A stretch of DNA of 63,596 nt from Asterionella formosa (taxonomy: Eukaryota), in NCBI GenBank assembly GCA_002256025.1, contig NKIB01013149.1, positions 1-63,596 on the forward strand, written 5' to 3'. The position numbers were made by a program, and so were the translations under genes. The notes under the pieces are model-generated. The model saw only the letters and a list, made by a program, of their open reading frames with translations. It searched no databases and was not told the origin of the DNA. Positions 1 to 11,301 of the stretch are shown in pieces (the first letter of the stretch is position 1; every line of letters begins with the position of its first letter).

Positions 1-721
1 CGTAGCACGGATTTTAAATATGGGTAGTCTGATGGTGCAATTTTGGTTTCTCTAAGTAATAGTGCTGCAATCGGTGGTGCAATTGTGGTGCAAATGCCAA
101 TGGGCAGGTGAATTTACGAATAGTTTTTATCTTTTTCAACCCTGTTTGGGAAAATCTCAATAATACCACGTCCAACTCTGGTACCAGGTACATACCGGTA
201 TGCCAGTACAGACTACGGTACCCCGGTACCTCGTACCCGTAATATGCCCAAAAGCAGATATCACTTGTACAAAGTTGTTTGGCACGGTCCTCCCTTGTAC
301 CATAACTTACGGTATGATTTTATCTACCGGTATTAGAATTAGCAATTCTTATACATAAATTGTATCATGTATATACAGATGATGTATGCAGTACCGGGAT
401 ATAGCATAGCTACATAGTAATCCGCATAAAAAATATTATTGAAGGATGCAAATCCTGGTACATAAGAAATGTACATATATATGATATCATGTAAACCACC
501 ATCACTTTATTCTAGTCTGTCTGTACGACATGTTCATTCACAAAGTACAGTACCGGGTACCGGTACTGTAATAAAAATAAATAGATACCGCTATTTTAAT
601 AGCAGTGCGAAGCCAATTAAGATTCCAAAAGGGGCCGTATGCAACACCGGTACTAACACAGCTTCCAGCTATTGCGGACAACAGACCTTTCAAGAGCGGT
701 TCATCATTGGCTTCGTCCAAC

Positions 722-3259
722 ATGCCTCCTCGACGCCGGAACAAAGGAAAACAAGCGACTTCGGGTCCAACGCTTCGCCCCGCGGCGTCGGGGGACTCTG
801 ACGAAGAAGTCACCAAAGAAATCAAGGAGCCCCAACTCGTTCTCACAAGTGACAAGCGTAGGGGCATTTACGAATGCGATTATTGCCACACGGATATTTC
901 GCAAGTTCCGAGAATCCGGTGCGCTGTTTGTCCCGACTTTGATTTGTGTCTGGAATGCTTTGCCACAACTGACCACAGTGCTGCAATCGCTCGCCTCAAG
1001 GCAGCGGCAATGGCGTATGGGGCCTTACAAGACAACGAAAAGCAGGGGTCTATTTCTGGAATTTCTTCAGTAGCTGCAAATCATGTTCACACTCATGGAT
1101 ATCGGGTAGCTGACAGCACGAGGTACCCACTTTTCCCTTCGGCTAGAGCGATATCACAGTCCACCAAATCAGATTTGGGCGACTCAATTGATGCAGATGG
1201 TGACGACGAAGACAACAAAGAAGAAATTGAGGATGATACTGTTGTCGAACCGGAGGAAAAGGAAGAAAATGATGGGCTCGCTCCTCTCAGCGAAGGCGAC
1301 AAGATGGATGTGGACGATACCGATGAACCTCAGGCTGATGCCGAACCAGTCGCAGACGAGACGACAACAGAAGAATCAAAGGCATCTAAGGTTGCATGCG
1401 CAGAGAAGGTCGACGACAGCTTTGTTGATTGCAAGACCATCATTTTGCAAGATGATTCCAAATCCATTTGGACTATCGAGGAAGATTTACGCCTCCTGGA
1501 TGCCATCTCCACATTTGGCCTCGGAAATTGGGCTGACATTTCGGAAGCAATAGCGGGACAAGGATCGTCCAACAAGACTCCCAAGCGATGCATGGAGCGC
1601 TATTTTGATGATTACTTGGGACGATACGGTCACATCCTTCCCATGTATACAATTGTCGGAGAAGCCGAAGATGTGGAAGAGACAGAGGAAGAGGAAATTA
1701 AAAGCGACGATGGTGAGGAATTTAGAGCATCCAAGAGGCGCAAACCCGATCGTGCTACTTTGATGCGTTCATCAAGCGCAGTATCAATTGCCACGGTTAG
1801 TCGCCGAAGTAAAAAGGTGAAGGTTGTACCAACAGCAACGCTCCCAGGTTACGAAAACGTTTGGCCAGATGGGTACGTACCACCCATCAAGCATGCCGAG
1901 CTTGGTCTTGAAGTGGGAAGAAATATAGCCGTTCGAGCCGAACTTGCCTTTGTCAAAGCAATTACGAATGCTGCAACCAAAGCCGAAGCTGATCAGATCA
2001 GAAAGGAATGGACTGAAACCCGCCTCAACCAAGTTGATGGGCCAACTGCTCTCCCTATGCGTCCCGAAGATCTCACCACTTTGCCTGGTTCGGAGTTGGC
2101 AGGTTTCATGCCTCGTCGTGGCGACTTTGATATGGAATGGGACAACGAGGCAGAGCAAGTCATTGCCGACATGGAATTCTCAACCAATGACCTTCCTCAA
2201 GACCGTCTACTTAAAATTCAAGTGATTGAGATATACAACCAAAAACTTGACGAGCGAGAACGCCGAAAGAAATTCCTTTTGAACCGTGATCTTTTGGACT
2301 ATCGCAAAAACCAGCTGCTCGATGCCCAAATTCCTAGAGATGAACGAGACCTGGTTCGTCGCATGCGACTGTTCGAGCGGCTTCATACGCCTGAGGAACA
2401 TCAAGCATTTCTCGGCGATATTATCCGGGCCAAACGACTTCGAAAGGAGATCGCCAAGCTTCAAATGTACCGAAGAATGGGCATCAAGACATTGGCGGAA
2501 GTTGAAAGATACGAACTAGACAAGAGCCGCCGTGAATTTCATAAAACAGCTCAACTTCAAAAAGAGGTGGATGTCAAGGGTGCACACGCGACTTCGACCC
2601 CAAAATCACTAATGCAAAAAGATGTTGCAACAAGTATATCTTCTGGAAATTTACAAGAAGATATCACGTCCTCCTTGTGGAAGCAATACAGAACAAGTGA
2701 TCGCAAGAACCGCCGAAGCATCAACCGATCCAATTCAGAAACGAACGCGAGTCCGGACACGAAGCAACCTAGCGGGACTTCATTGGGAAGCGTTGATGTA
2801 GCCGATGTCGAAATGAATGAAGCTGCAGAAGAAACGGTAGTTGCACCGAAGGGAAACGACCTTACGACTCCTGATGGAAACACAGCAATTGAGGGCAACA
2901 CAACGGAGATACCAAGTGCAAACACTGGGGAGTCAAGCCCCGAGCCAGCTGTGCCCATTATTTCCAATAAATCCCCCGGATTTGAGCTCCTCTCATCGAA
3001 GGAAACGGATTTGTGCCAGAAACTGGGTCTACCTCCAATGCATTATCTTTGCGTGAAGAAGGCTTTGATCTTAGAGTCACTTAGACGAGGCCTTTTGGAC
3101 AAGGAAGGCATTGGATCAAGTAAGCGATCAATTGTTAAGATTGACGTCGAAAAGAGAGGGGAAGTGATTGACTTTATGCTCCAAGCTGGGTGGATCTCTA
3201 CCAAGGCAGGGGCTTCTGCGTACCAACGCCACGTCGTCTCGACTCAGAACGACGAATAA
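722..3259 (+). CDS. ADA2: Transcriptional adapter ADA2 (SAGA/ADA complex subunit)
   Basis: Single long ORF, first ATG at 722 (MPPRRRNK). ZZ zinc finger (CDYC..CAVCPDFDLCLECF..H), SANT domain (WTIEEDLRLLDAISTFGLGNWADIS), ADA2 box (GFMPRRGDFDMEWDNEAE..IADMEF) and C-terminal SWIRM-like region (LLSSKETDLC..KIDVEK..VIDFM..GWI). Confidence 0.93.
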   Translation: MPPRRRNKGKQATSGPTLRPAASGDSDEEVTKEIKEPQLVLTSDKRRGIYECDYCHTDISQVPRIRCAVCPDFDLCLECFATTDHSAAIARLKAAAMAYGALQDNEKQGSISGISSVAANHVHTHGYRVADSTRYPLFPSARAISQSTKSDLGDSIDADGDDEDNKEEIEDDTVVEPEEKEENDGLAPLSEGDKMDVDDTDEPQADAEPVADETTTEESKASKVACAEKVDDSFVDCKTIILQDDSKSIWTIEEDLRLLDAISTFGLGNWADISEAIAGQGSSNKTPKRCMERYFDDYLGRYGHILPMYTIVGEAEDVEETEEEEIKSDDGEEFRASKRRKPDRATLMRSSSAVSIATVSRRSKKVKVVPTATLPGYENVWPDGYVPPIKHAELGLEVGRNIAVRAELAFVKAITNAATKAEADQIRKEWTETRLNQVDGPTALPMRPEDLTTLPGSELAGFMPRRGDFDMEWDNEAEQVIADMEFSTNDLPQDRLLKIQVIEIYNQKLDERERRKKFLLNRDLLDYRKNQLLDAQIPRDERDLVRRMRLFERLHTPEEHQAFLGDIIRAKRLRKEIAKLQMYRRMGIKTLAEVERYELDKSRREFHKTAQLQKEVDVKGAHATSTPKSLMQKDVATSISSGNLQEDITSSLWKQYRTSDRKNRRSINRSNSETNASPDTKQPSGTSLGSVDVADVEMNEAAEETVVAPKGNDLTTPDGNTAIEGNTTEIPSANTGESSPEPAVPIISNKSPGFELLSSKETDLCQKLGLPPMHYLCVKKALILESLRRGLLDKEGIGSSKRSIVKIDVEKRGEVIDFMLQAGWISTKAGASAYQRHVVSTQNDE

Positions 3260-3366
3260 GGACCGAACAAAAGGATGCAAGCAGTATGGGATAGTAATAG
3301 TTGCAAGCTTCATTTTTATGCTACTACTAAATGCATGGAAGTTAGTTGTACTTTCAATATATTTTT

Positions 3367-4434
3367 CTATTTTTTGGCAGCGTACGATGCACCTTGGTCC
3401 AAGTTGTCTCTGTCAGGCATATCAGATGAAAACGAACGCCAGTATGGAAACGCACCTTCCTCTGTCAGTTGCCAAGCTTCGTCAAAAGCTTCCAATAGCT
3501 GCGCCGAGAGACCATTAGTCTGAGACGCAGCAGTACATGCTTCCAAATTTTGCTCCAGCTGAGCAATGGAACTAGCCCCGATAAGTACACCGTCGTCCTC
3601 CGTCAATCCCGAATGTCTCATTAACCATGTATACGTCGCTTCGACCATTGTAATAGAGTCTATTTGACAAGCACGGCGAATTAAATCGATGGCTTCAAAG
3701 TTCTTGTCGGTGTAGAATCGTGGCAAATAGTTGGGATTCTCCAGGAATCGCCCCATTTGCACATTGCCCTCGGGCTTGTGTTTCCCCGTCAACAAGCCAG
3801 CTGCAAGTGGGTTATATGCAACAAAGGCGCAATTGTTAGCCTTCAGTAAAGGCAAGAGCTCTTGCTCGACCCTACGATTAAGCGGGTTGTAGAGACCCTG
3901 ATATACAGTAGGCCGGGTCAAGCTGTGTTCGTCACAGAGAGCAAATGTCCGCTTCATTTCACTAGCATGATAGTTGCTCATGCCAAGACAACAAAAGATA
4001 CCTTCTTTCACCATGGCATCAGCTTCTTTGAGAGATTCCAGCAGATCGTGGTCCGTGTCGGGCTGGTGGAGATAGTATTCTCCCACTCCTGACATTTCCA
4101 TGGCAGCAAGGGAAGCCTTCATCTGACTCCTCAAACCAGCCCTCGAAAGGCCGCCTACCTCTGTAACTGACGGGTGAGCCTTGGTGCCAATGGCTATAAC
4201 TCCTGAAGAAGGCGTACCGAAAGCCTTGACTATCTTTCCAACAATTAGTTCTGTGTCGCCTCCGGCATAAATACGAGCTGTATCGACATAGTGGATATCA
4301 TGTTCTTGCCCAACGTTATGCTTAATAAAAAGCTTGAGCATTTCCAACGCCACTGGCTCGTCAACCCTAGACGATGTTTGACTCCAACCCATTGTCATGG
4401 TACCTAGATAAAGCCGAGGCACTTGGATTTTCAT
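3367..4434 (-). CDS. Aldo-keto reductase, AKR7/aflatoxin B1 aldehyde reductase-like
   Basis: LYLGTMT, DTARIY (catalytic Asp/Tyr), TKAHP, YYLHQPD, LGMSNY, PTVYQGLYNPLNR, AYNPLAAGLLTGK and LIGASSIAQLEQNL motifs. ATG at 4434 (MKIQVP). Confidence 0.9.
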   Translation of the reverse strand: MKIQVPRLYLGTMTMGWSQTSSRVDEPVALEMLKLFIKHNVGQEHDIHYVDTARIYAGGDTELIVGKIVKAFGTPSSGVIAIGTKAHPSVTEVGGLSRAGLRSQMKASLAAMEMSGVGEYYLHQPDTDHDLLESLKEADAMVKEGIFCCLGMSNYHASEMKRTFALCDEHSLTRPTVYQGLYNPLNRRVEQELLPLLKANNCAFVAYNPLAAGLLTGKHKPEGNVQMGRFLENPNYLPRFYTDKNFEAIDLIRRACQIDSITMVEATYTWLMRHSGLTEDDGVLIGASSIAQLEQNLEACTAASQTNGLSAQLLEAFDEAWQLTEEGAFPYWRSFSSDMPDRDNLDQGASYAAKK

Positions 4435-6179
4435 GGTGAGCTTTCGCGTAATTCGCCCCTCGGTCCAGGTGAATACCGATATCTGAAACACTAGAGATGA
4501 TAGATCATAAGCAACCGCCCAAGACCAACAAAAAATAATTTCGATCGCGTTCCGATTGATCGATTTTGGCTTTTGCTATGATGATCATGGCTTAGACTGC
4601 TATACGTAATGTCCGTCGTAGCTATGATACTTTTTAGGGAATAAGGACATAAAAATTACCGGTATTTACAGCTATAGGAACCCTTGTGGTGCTGGAAGTA
4701 AAGTATGATGGGACGATTCAAAGCTACATATAAGAGTGCCGCCATTCCATGTATTTTTTGTGGAGCATTGTAGGGAAAAGGTGTTCAGCAGGAACTCCCT
4801 GACTGATGTTTGAAGGGGGTTCGATCCCTTTGAAAAACAAGGACCCAAAATGTGAACTGGTTTCAAACCAACTCCCAAACGTTTTAAATGTTCTAAACTT
4901 AGTAGTGATTAGTTTTTTACTATTTTCATTTATTTCATTAGAATATCAAGAACTTCAATCCACCTACGTATGATGTTTCAAAAACTTCTTGAAGTGAGGT
5001 TATTTTTACACATTCTAACAAATCAACCACAAAAACAACAACATCAACTATTTTAAGACGAAATCATGCCACCTTCCAGTGGTGGCCATCTCATTTCCGA
5101 AATTGGAGTTAGTGGTAAAGGAGGAAAAAATATAGTTGCCGATGAAAATCATAATTGGTGGTCCTCTAAAATGACTTTTCTTCCGATCTTGCTCATTGAT
5201 TAATCACCACTGAAATCGACTTGACAGAAAATGGATCAGTGGACATCTTGCTGTCGAGGTTAGTCTCCTCGAGGATTTAACTTTCCTTCGTTTGTCCAGA
5301 AATGCCATAAATTGAACAATTCCTGGTCAGTTGGCCCAATTGACTTCGCTAACTCTCCTTGATGTAGGGCCCTACAACAATCATATCACCAATTGAACCA
5401 ATCACATCACCAATAGAAACAGTCTCTCAACTGAACAGGAATCATATAATCAACTATAATACATTGTCGAAATTGCTGCAGGAAGATATATGTATTGCAA
5501 AAGTTGTGTTAATAAATTTGCAAATGAATATTGTAAACAATCACTTTGTGACTTTGTAACTTCTTTTATATCAAATAGGAAGCAAACGCTGTCCATCGAA
5601 CAGCAATGTGAAGCATTTCTAGACCAGGATGTGTTTGACTTCCCTATTTCAAACTTTGATCAACGACTGTATCTAAGCATATGGAAAGGGTGTACCTGGT
5701 ACCAGGTACCGGTATATTGGTGAAAGCTCCATTTAGCGACATCTCTGACTTGATATTAAATTTCTTTAACCCTACCTCGAGTTAGGGGAATAAAGGTTAT
5801 CTAATAAACTGCATTCTGGTATTACTAGGTACTACGTATTACTCTGAGGGTGCCTGTTGAATCCACAAGTGTGACTTGAGTTCAGTTGTGTCAATAAGAC
5901 AACAACGTCCAGAATACAAGCATACAGGAGGCTTTATCGATCTAAACCAGGTAACTATAAAAGAATGAGCATAGCCCATATATTATATAGTGTACCTGGT
6001 ACCTGGTACCTATTTTGGTACCCTTGTTGGTGACGCTTTTTTGGCCGATGACGTGGCCTTGTTCTGTTTCTTTTTAGTCACATGAATCCATTCAGTACCT
6101 TGATTATAGTTTGATGAGTCCCTTTCCACATTTCCTAACAGTGCCTAAAAACCAAATCGAATCCTTTCAAACGTTTACC

Positions 6180-7163
6180 ATGACGATGAACCTCCTACTA
6201 CTTTCCAGTCGTACTGTCAGCACCGCAGCATTCTCCCTCGTGCTGTATAGCAAGAAAACGGCACGAATTTGTCTCCAAAATGACTATTCACGGTGCTTCA
6301 GTACTCGTGACGAACGTCAGGCGATCCGAGACAAGGAGCGAGCAGACAAAAAGGCTCGAAGGGAAGCTCGTGCCACAAGGGATGAGGAGACTCGTACATA
6401 TCTAAAAATGGTAGCACAGCCCACGGCAGAACAAGTGAAACTGGAAATTGAAAAGAGAAAAGAGCACGAAGAACAGCAAATGAGGCTCCGAGCCCTAGAA
6501 GTGCTGTGGGCCCGGGAACGTGCTGCCATCCTAGCTGAAGTAGCGGCCATGACTCGAATTCTTTATCGCACTTGTTTGAAAAGTGTCAAGCTCATGAGAC
6601 CTGGAAATGGTCACGATGAGATTGAGTTCAGGCGCTTGGAAGCAGAGCAAGCGTCACGATGGGAAAGAGCGCTCAAGGATAGTCTGGATGGAATTGGTTC
6701 CATGGTACCCATTGTTGATCGGCCCAACGAATTGGAATCGAGATACAATTACTATAATGCGCACGTGAAAGAAAGATTCAAAGGAGACTTTGGTATCCTG
6801 GATCGTGATCCCTGGACAGAAGATTGTGTTGAACGCTTCCTCCTTATATTTCGGGAAGGAGAAGCAGCTCGCAAATGGGTTTTGGAAGATTATAAATTTG
6901 TCGATCAATTCCCCAATCGCTTGAGCGAGGAACGAACAAATCAGCTCCAAGAGCGAATGAGAAAGTTGGTGAAAGATGTGTATCGTGGATATGGATGGCA
7001 ACTGGAGTCTGAGAGAGTTTATGAATGCGCCGGAGAAATCGACATATTTGGCAGCACGGTTGAAGCTCCAGCTACTGGAAAGACAATGCATGAGCTACGT
7101 GAGGGAGCTAGGCATATGAGTAGTCTGGAACTCGAGCGCAATGCAAATGTGACCAGTTCGTAG
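6180..7163 (+). CDS. Hypothetical protein with possible mitochondrial leader, coiled coil and LYR-like motif
   Basis: Intact ~327-codon ORF. Ser/Arg/Thr-rich N-terminus ending ...SRCFS, a charged coiled-coil stretch, and ILYRTCLKSV resembling LYR motifs. Start ATG uncertain. Confidence 0.6.
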   Translation: MTMNLLLLSSRTVSTAAFSLVLYSKKTARICLQNDYSRCFSTRDERQAIRDKERADKKARREARATRDEETRTYLKMVAQPTAEQVKLEIEKRKEHEEQQMRLRALEVLWARERAAILAEVAAMTRILYRTCLKSVKLMRPGNGHDEIEFRRLEAEQASRWERALKDSLDGIGSMVPIVDRPNELESRYNYYNAHVKERFKGDFGILDRDPWTEDCVERFLLIFREGEAARKWVLEDYKFVDQFPNRLSEERTNQLQERMRKLVKDVYRGYGWQLESERVYECAGEIDIFGSTVEAPATGKTMHELREGARHMSSLELERNANVTSS

Positions 7164-7833
7164 AAGGGTTGTATTATATTCAATATTGGTAATAGCACTG
7201 ATCACGAAGCATGTCTATGTTTCAAAATGCAAGGTCCTCTTCTATTCTTCTATATTAAGTTACATACTGACTCATACTTCGCTTTTATAACAATATATAT
7301 ACTAACTACTACTTCCCTTTTCCAGAAATATAATGTGTTCATGAGCAAGTTGTGGTCGATTTGCTGAAATCAACAATGTGATGCAGGACAGATGCATTAA
7401 CAAACTAAATAGGGGATGTCATCAATTGTCTCTTTGAATTAATTGGATCACTACACATCAAACAAAGGCAAATGGCTAAAAAAGACATTGACAATGACCA
7501 GTGGGTCAGAAAGGAGGCCAGATGCAAAAGAAAGCAAGTCTTGCTTACTTTGTTTTATTCCCTCCAAGCTCAAAATCATTCTCCTTTTCCAGTCAAAGTG
7601 ATGGAAACAACCAATTACAAACAGAACTAGTATATCAATTAGGATTTGAATGTTCATATGCTAGCCTCATCATACATAAAAATTAGCAGCACCCAATGAA
7701 ACTATTGTACCATTATATGCATGCTGGCTGGACTCATGCTCAGGGTACCCAAGGTAGCACTTGTAAATGCTTGCATATAATTATTAAGCTTAGATTATTT
7801 GATTCTTTTGTATGTATATACTGGTATCACACA

Positions 7834-7896
7834 GGGGAATGGCTTAGTTGGTTAGCTCACCTTCTGAGGTGGTGGGTTTGATTCCCACATTCTCCA
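7834..7896 (+). pseudogene. tRNA-derived element (pseudo-tRNA or SINE head) lacking a normal anticodon arm
   Basis: Acceptor stem GGGGAAT/ATTCTCC plus A, A-box TGGCTTAGTTGG, T-arm GTGGG-TTTGATT-CCCAC. The anticodon region is shortened. Shares sequence with the head at ~54798-54860 on the minus strand. Confidence 0.65.
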
Positions 7897-10800
7897 CCTG
7901 CTTTGTTTATGCAGTCCCTTGGGTTCCAGGAAGGTCTGGTAGCGCATGTAATATGCACACATTTCAGTTTCGTTGCACTCCCAATGGATTGTCTCATGCC
8001 TGCCAGACCAGATAGGCAAGCTTTCGATAAAAAATCCTTAAGTACTTTAGGAAAATGTACTCTTATTGACCGATGACTATTTGCAGAATCAGTCTCTGAA
8101 CACGACTCAGATTTCCTGACTGATAAATGGTCTCAGCAAACCGTCTACCGGTACGACTAGAAGTTATTGATTGGTGAATTCCATTAGCAAACCGTCATCC
8201 AGTTTCTGAGTAGTAGTAGGTGAGCACAATTTCGATGATAAGAGCACGACTTAGATTTAATGGATGATAATTTAACATTGACGAAAGTTACTTAAGAGAT
8301 TGTGGAATGAATAGCCAGTCTATCTCGTCCGACAGGCATGAGACGATCTATTGGGAGTGCGTCGAAACTGAAAGAGGCCCTCTTAGGGGGGGGGGGGGCC
8401 AAGTCAAGTGCGACTTCACAACCTCCAAAACTGTCAAGTTCCTTAGCAATATCGTACTATTACTTAATAGTTTTTTATACTGGTATAACACAACATAGTA
8501 CAGTTTAGTTGTCATGAGCGGCTGGAGGATGCTGCATCATGATGTCGTCTCAGCAGAGCATTGATAATGACAAAAATGACAAATTTTTCAATGAAAATGC
8601 TAACGACGCTTGGCTATTAGGGACATATATTAAGCACAATATAGACAATACAATCGAAAAAGAATTATTCTTGTAAAAACACTAATTTTGACAACGAAAA
8701 TTGAAATAGCCGATGGCGCATTTTTCATGTGATTTATTGATTCACAGTTCTAAACGACAATGTTATGAACATGATTGACGCTTCACGGTAGCTGTACAGC
8801 GACTATAAAGACAACAAAACAATAAAATGAATAATTAAAGCAAAAGATGTGAAACAAGTTATTTATTCGCTTTTATTTGATTGCTTGTATTGCTTGACGC
8901 CACAAAGAGGATGCATAGTCACATGGTAATGATGGAAGCATGACAGTGATAAAATTCCAAAATGTTTTTTTGAATAATGGAACCATGATGGTAATAACAA
9001 TTCAAAATTATTTGTTTTATTACCAGCTTTCCCAGTATACTAGCTATTATCTTCATTAGTCAACCGTCAATATATACATAACAGTTGTATGTTCTGTACC
9101 TGTATAAATTATTTTACAGTAGGTTCATTTGTACCATCATGCCAATCACTCCATTTGTCACGAGTGTTTATCACGGAATTTGCATCGTGATTATATATCC
9201 AAGAAGTGTCATATGGATGGTTGTTGGCGTATCTCAAAAAATGCACTTAGTAGCTAGACCTGCCTTGCATCCAACTTCTTAATTCCAATTTGTGTGTTAC
9301 CCAACCAACTTCCCCAAATTGTCTGTAAAGTCTGTATGGTATCCTACAACTATGATGATTTATTAATATTTTACCGACCTGGAAGTACAATGATAATAAG
9401 AACATTATCATCACACAATGTATATCAACTGATCAACAACATTACTCATCAACATCATAAACCTTCTCATTTTTATTATTTTCCATTCTCAAGATTGCCC
9501 GATGTAAATTATTACTACAACGCATCCTAAAATCAGCTCAACTCTATGCTGTCATTTAAATTGTTTCATCGTAAATCTATCGTAAACATGATCATAATTC
9601 TAATCACAAGCATTGTTCAAAATAGATTGAAATGGATTGTAATTTAACAATCAAAATTTAGCAATGCTATCTATTATTCTACAAGCCAGCGACCCAACGT
9701 TTCTCTCTCTACTCAGCTCAATGTATATTGTTCCTGTCTCGAAATTTCTTCCTCTTTTTCTGAATCTTGTGCCAAGCAATGCCTTACTAATGTTGCGTAT
9801 CTCTCCCTGCTGTTAATTTCATTCTGAACTCGCCGACTATTCCGTTGTTTGATCGGTTTTATTGTCCTATGCAGTTACAATAACAATGAGAAAGAATGAC
9901 TTGTTAGCTAGACATGATACACTGACACAACATCACGCCATTCCATCGTATCCTCTTGCTTCCTTCACTTGCCACAGCCAAATCAAAGCAAGTGATGCAT
10001 AAGTCTGTAATAGTAAATTGTCAGTAAATTCTTGAATAAGTAAGCAAGTTTCAGGTTTCCAATGTTGCCAAATAAAACTTACCGATTCATTTTCGTTAGC
10101 TTAACTTTGAGAGAAGGTAAAGTGGCGTGTCCGTCAGTTATGGTCCATCAGAAGTGAATAAGTCAAACTACAAGAGCACTTACCAATTTTGTTTTGTTTT
10201 ACATTGGTGCTCCCCAACAAGCGAAACGAGCTGTTGATTCAACTGAGAAAAAAGGAAATGTGCGTTTACAATTTGTTGTTGTCCTGCCTCCCAATGATTG
10301 TCATCCAAGTACCACATTGATGGCTTCATTACCTTAAACATACTCCATCCTTCGAAGGTGCAATGTGTCGAAGCCACAATTGTTTTCGTTATTGCGTAAA
10401 CTTGTTTTCCTTTCTTGTCATGTGCTTTACTAGCTACGACATTTCTTTTCATGAAGCAGGCATTGTTTGTTAACATGACAGAACGATTTCAAATATATTT
10501 GCCATGTAAATACCTAGTTATAAAATTTGTAAATATATAAATATATCAAGTGTCGTAACTTTATAAAAATCAAAGGCACTCTCAATATGGAACATCTTGT
10601 ATTGTTGAGATGATCATATTCGCATATAGATAATTCGAAAATATTCAATGCACAATATGTCCATTGTTTTCCACGACTTCATGTATCAGTACTGTTTTTT
10701 TGAAATTTGTTTGCATCAACATTTTCTACGTCCGTTGGAACTAATTATTTAGACCATTCAATTGGTGTACTAAGTCATAACCCATTTGCTTGTATCATTA

Positions 10801-10967
10801 TATCTACGCAAGGATTTTGGTAGTAATTTGTTTAAGCCCCTTTTTTGGGCGGGAGTTCTTCATGTGTACCGGTACAACATACGACAAATGCATTTATCAT
10901 ATATATACAGAGTACCTGTAGCAGGTAGGAAGTGATATACTGGGGGTACCAGGTAGTCAGAGTACCA

Positions 10968-11301
10968 GGTAGTAAGCGAGCAACAGAGCACCATATGTTC
11001 ATGACTGCTGCTACTGCAGCGGAACAGTAAATCATCATAGTTTCAGGATCGTATGATCATAAAATTGAAAAAGGATAGTCGGAGTAGTAAGCGAGCAACA
11101 GAACACCATATGTTCATGACTGTTGCTACTGCAGCGGGACAGTAAATCATCATGGTTTCAGGAATGTATGATCATAAAATTGAAAGAGAGTAGTCGGAGT
11201 AGTAAGCGAGCAACAGAACACCATATTTTCATGGCTGTTGTTACTGCAGCAGGACAGTAAATCATCATATATTTAGGATTGTATCATCATATAATTGAAA
11301 A
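10968..11301. repeat. Tandem repeat, 115-bp unit x ~3; probable subterminal repeats of the Plavaka-like element
   Basis: AGTAAGCGAGCAACAG recurs at 10971, 11086 and 11201. Each unit contains CAGTAAATCATCAT..AGGAT..TATGATCATAA, which resembles the element-end sequence at 19542-19917 (inverted) and 50076-50375. Confidence 0.85.

Noticed and set aside
4790..4835. B-box-like GGGGTTCGATCCCT as a tRNA or SINE
   Set aside because: No A-box or cloverleaf could be built upstream.
7834..7896. Functional tRNA genes here and at ~54790-54864
   Set aside because: The anticodon arm is truncated in the first and unpaired in the second, which also has a duplicated T-arm.
10968..11301. 115-bp repeats (and the 110-bp repeats at 44689-45017) as a CRISPR array
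   Set aside because: Whole units are repeated with no unique spacers, there are no cas genes, and the context is eukaryotic.
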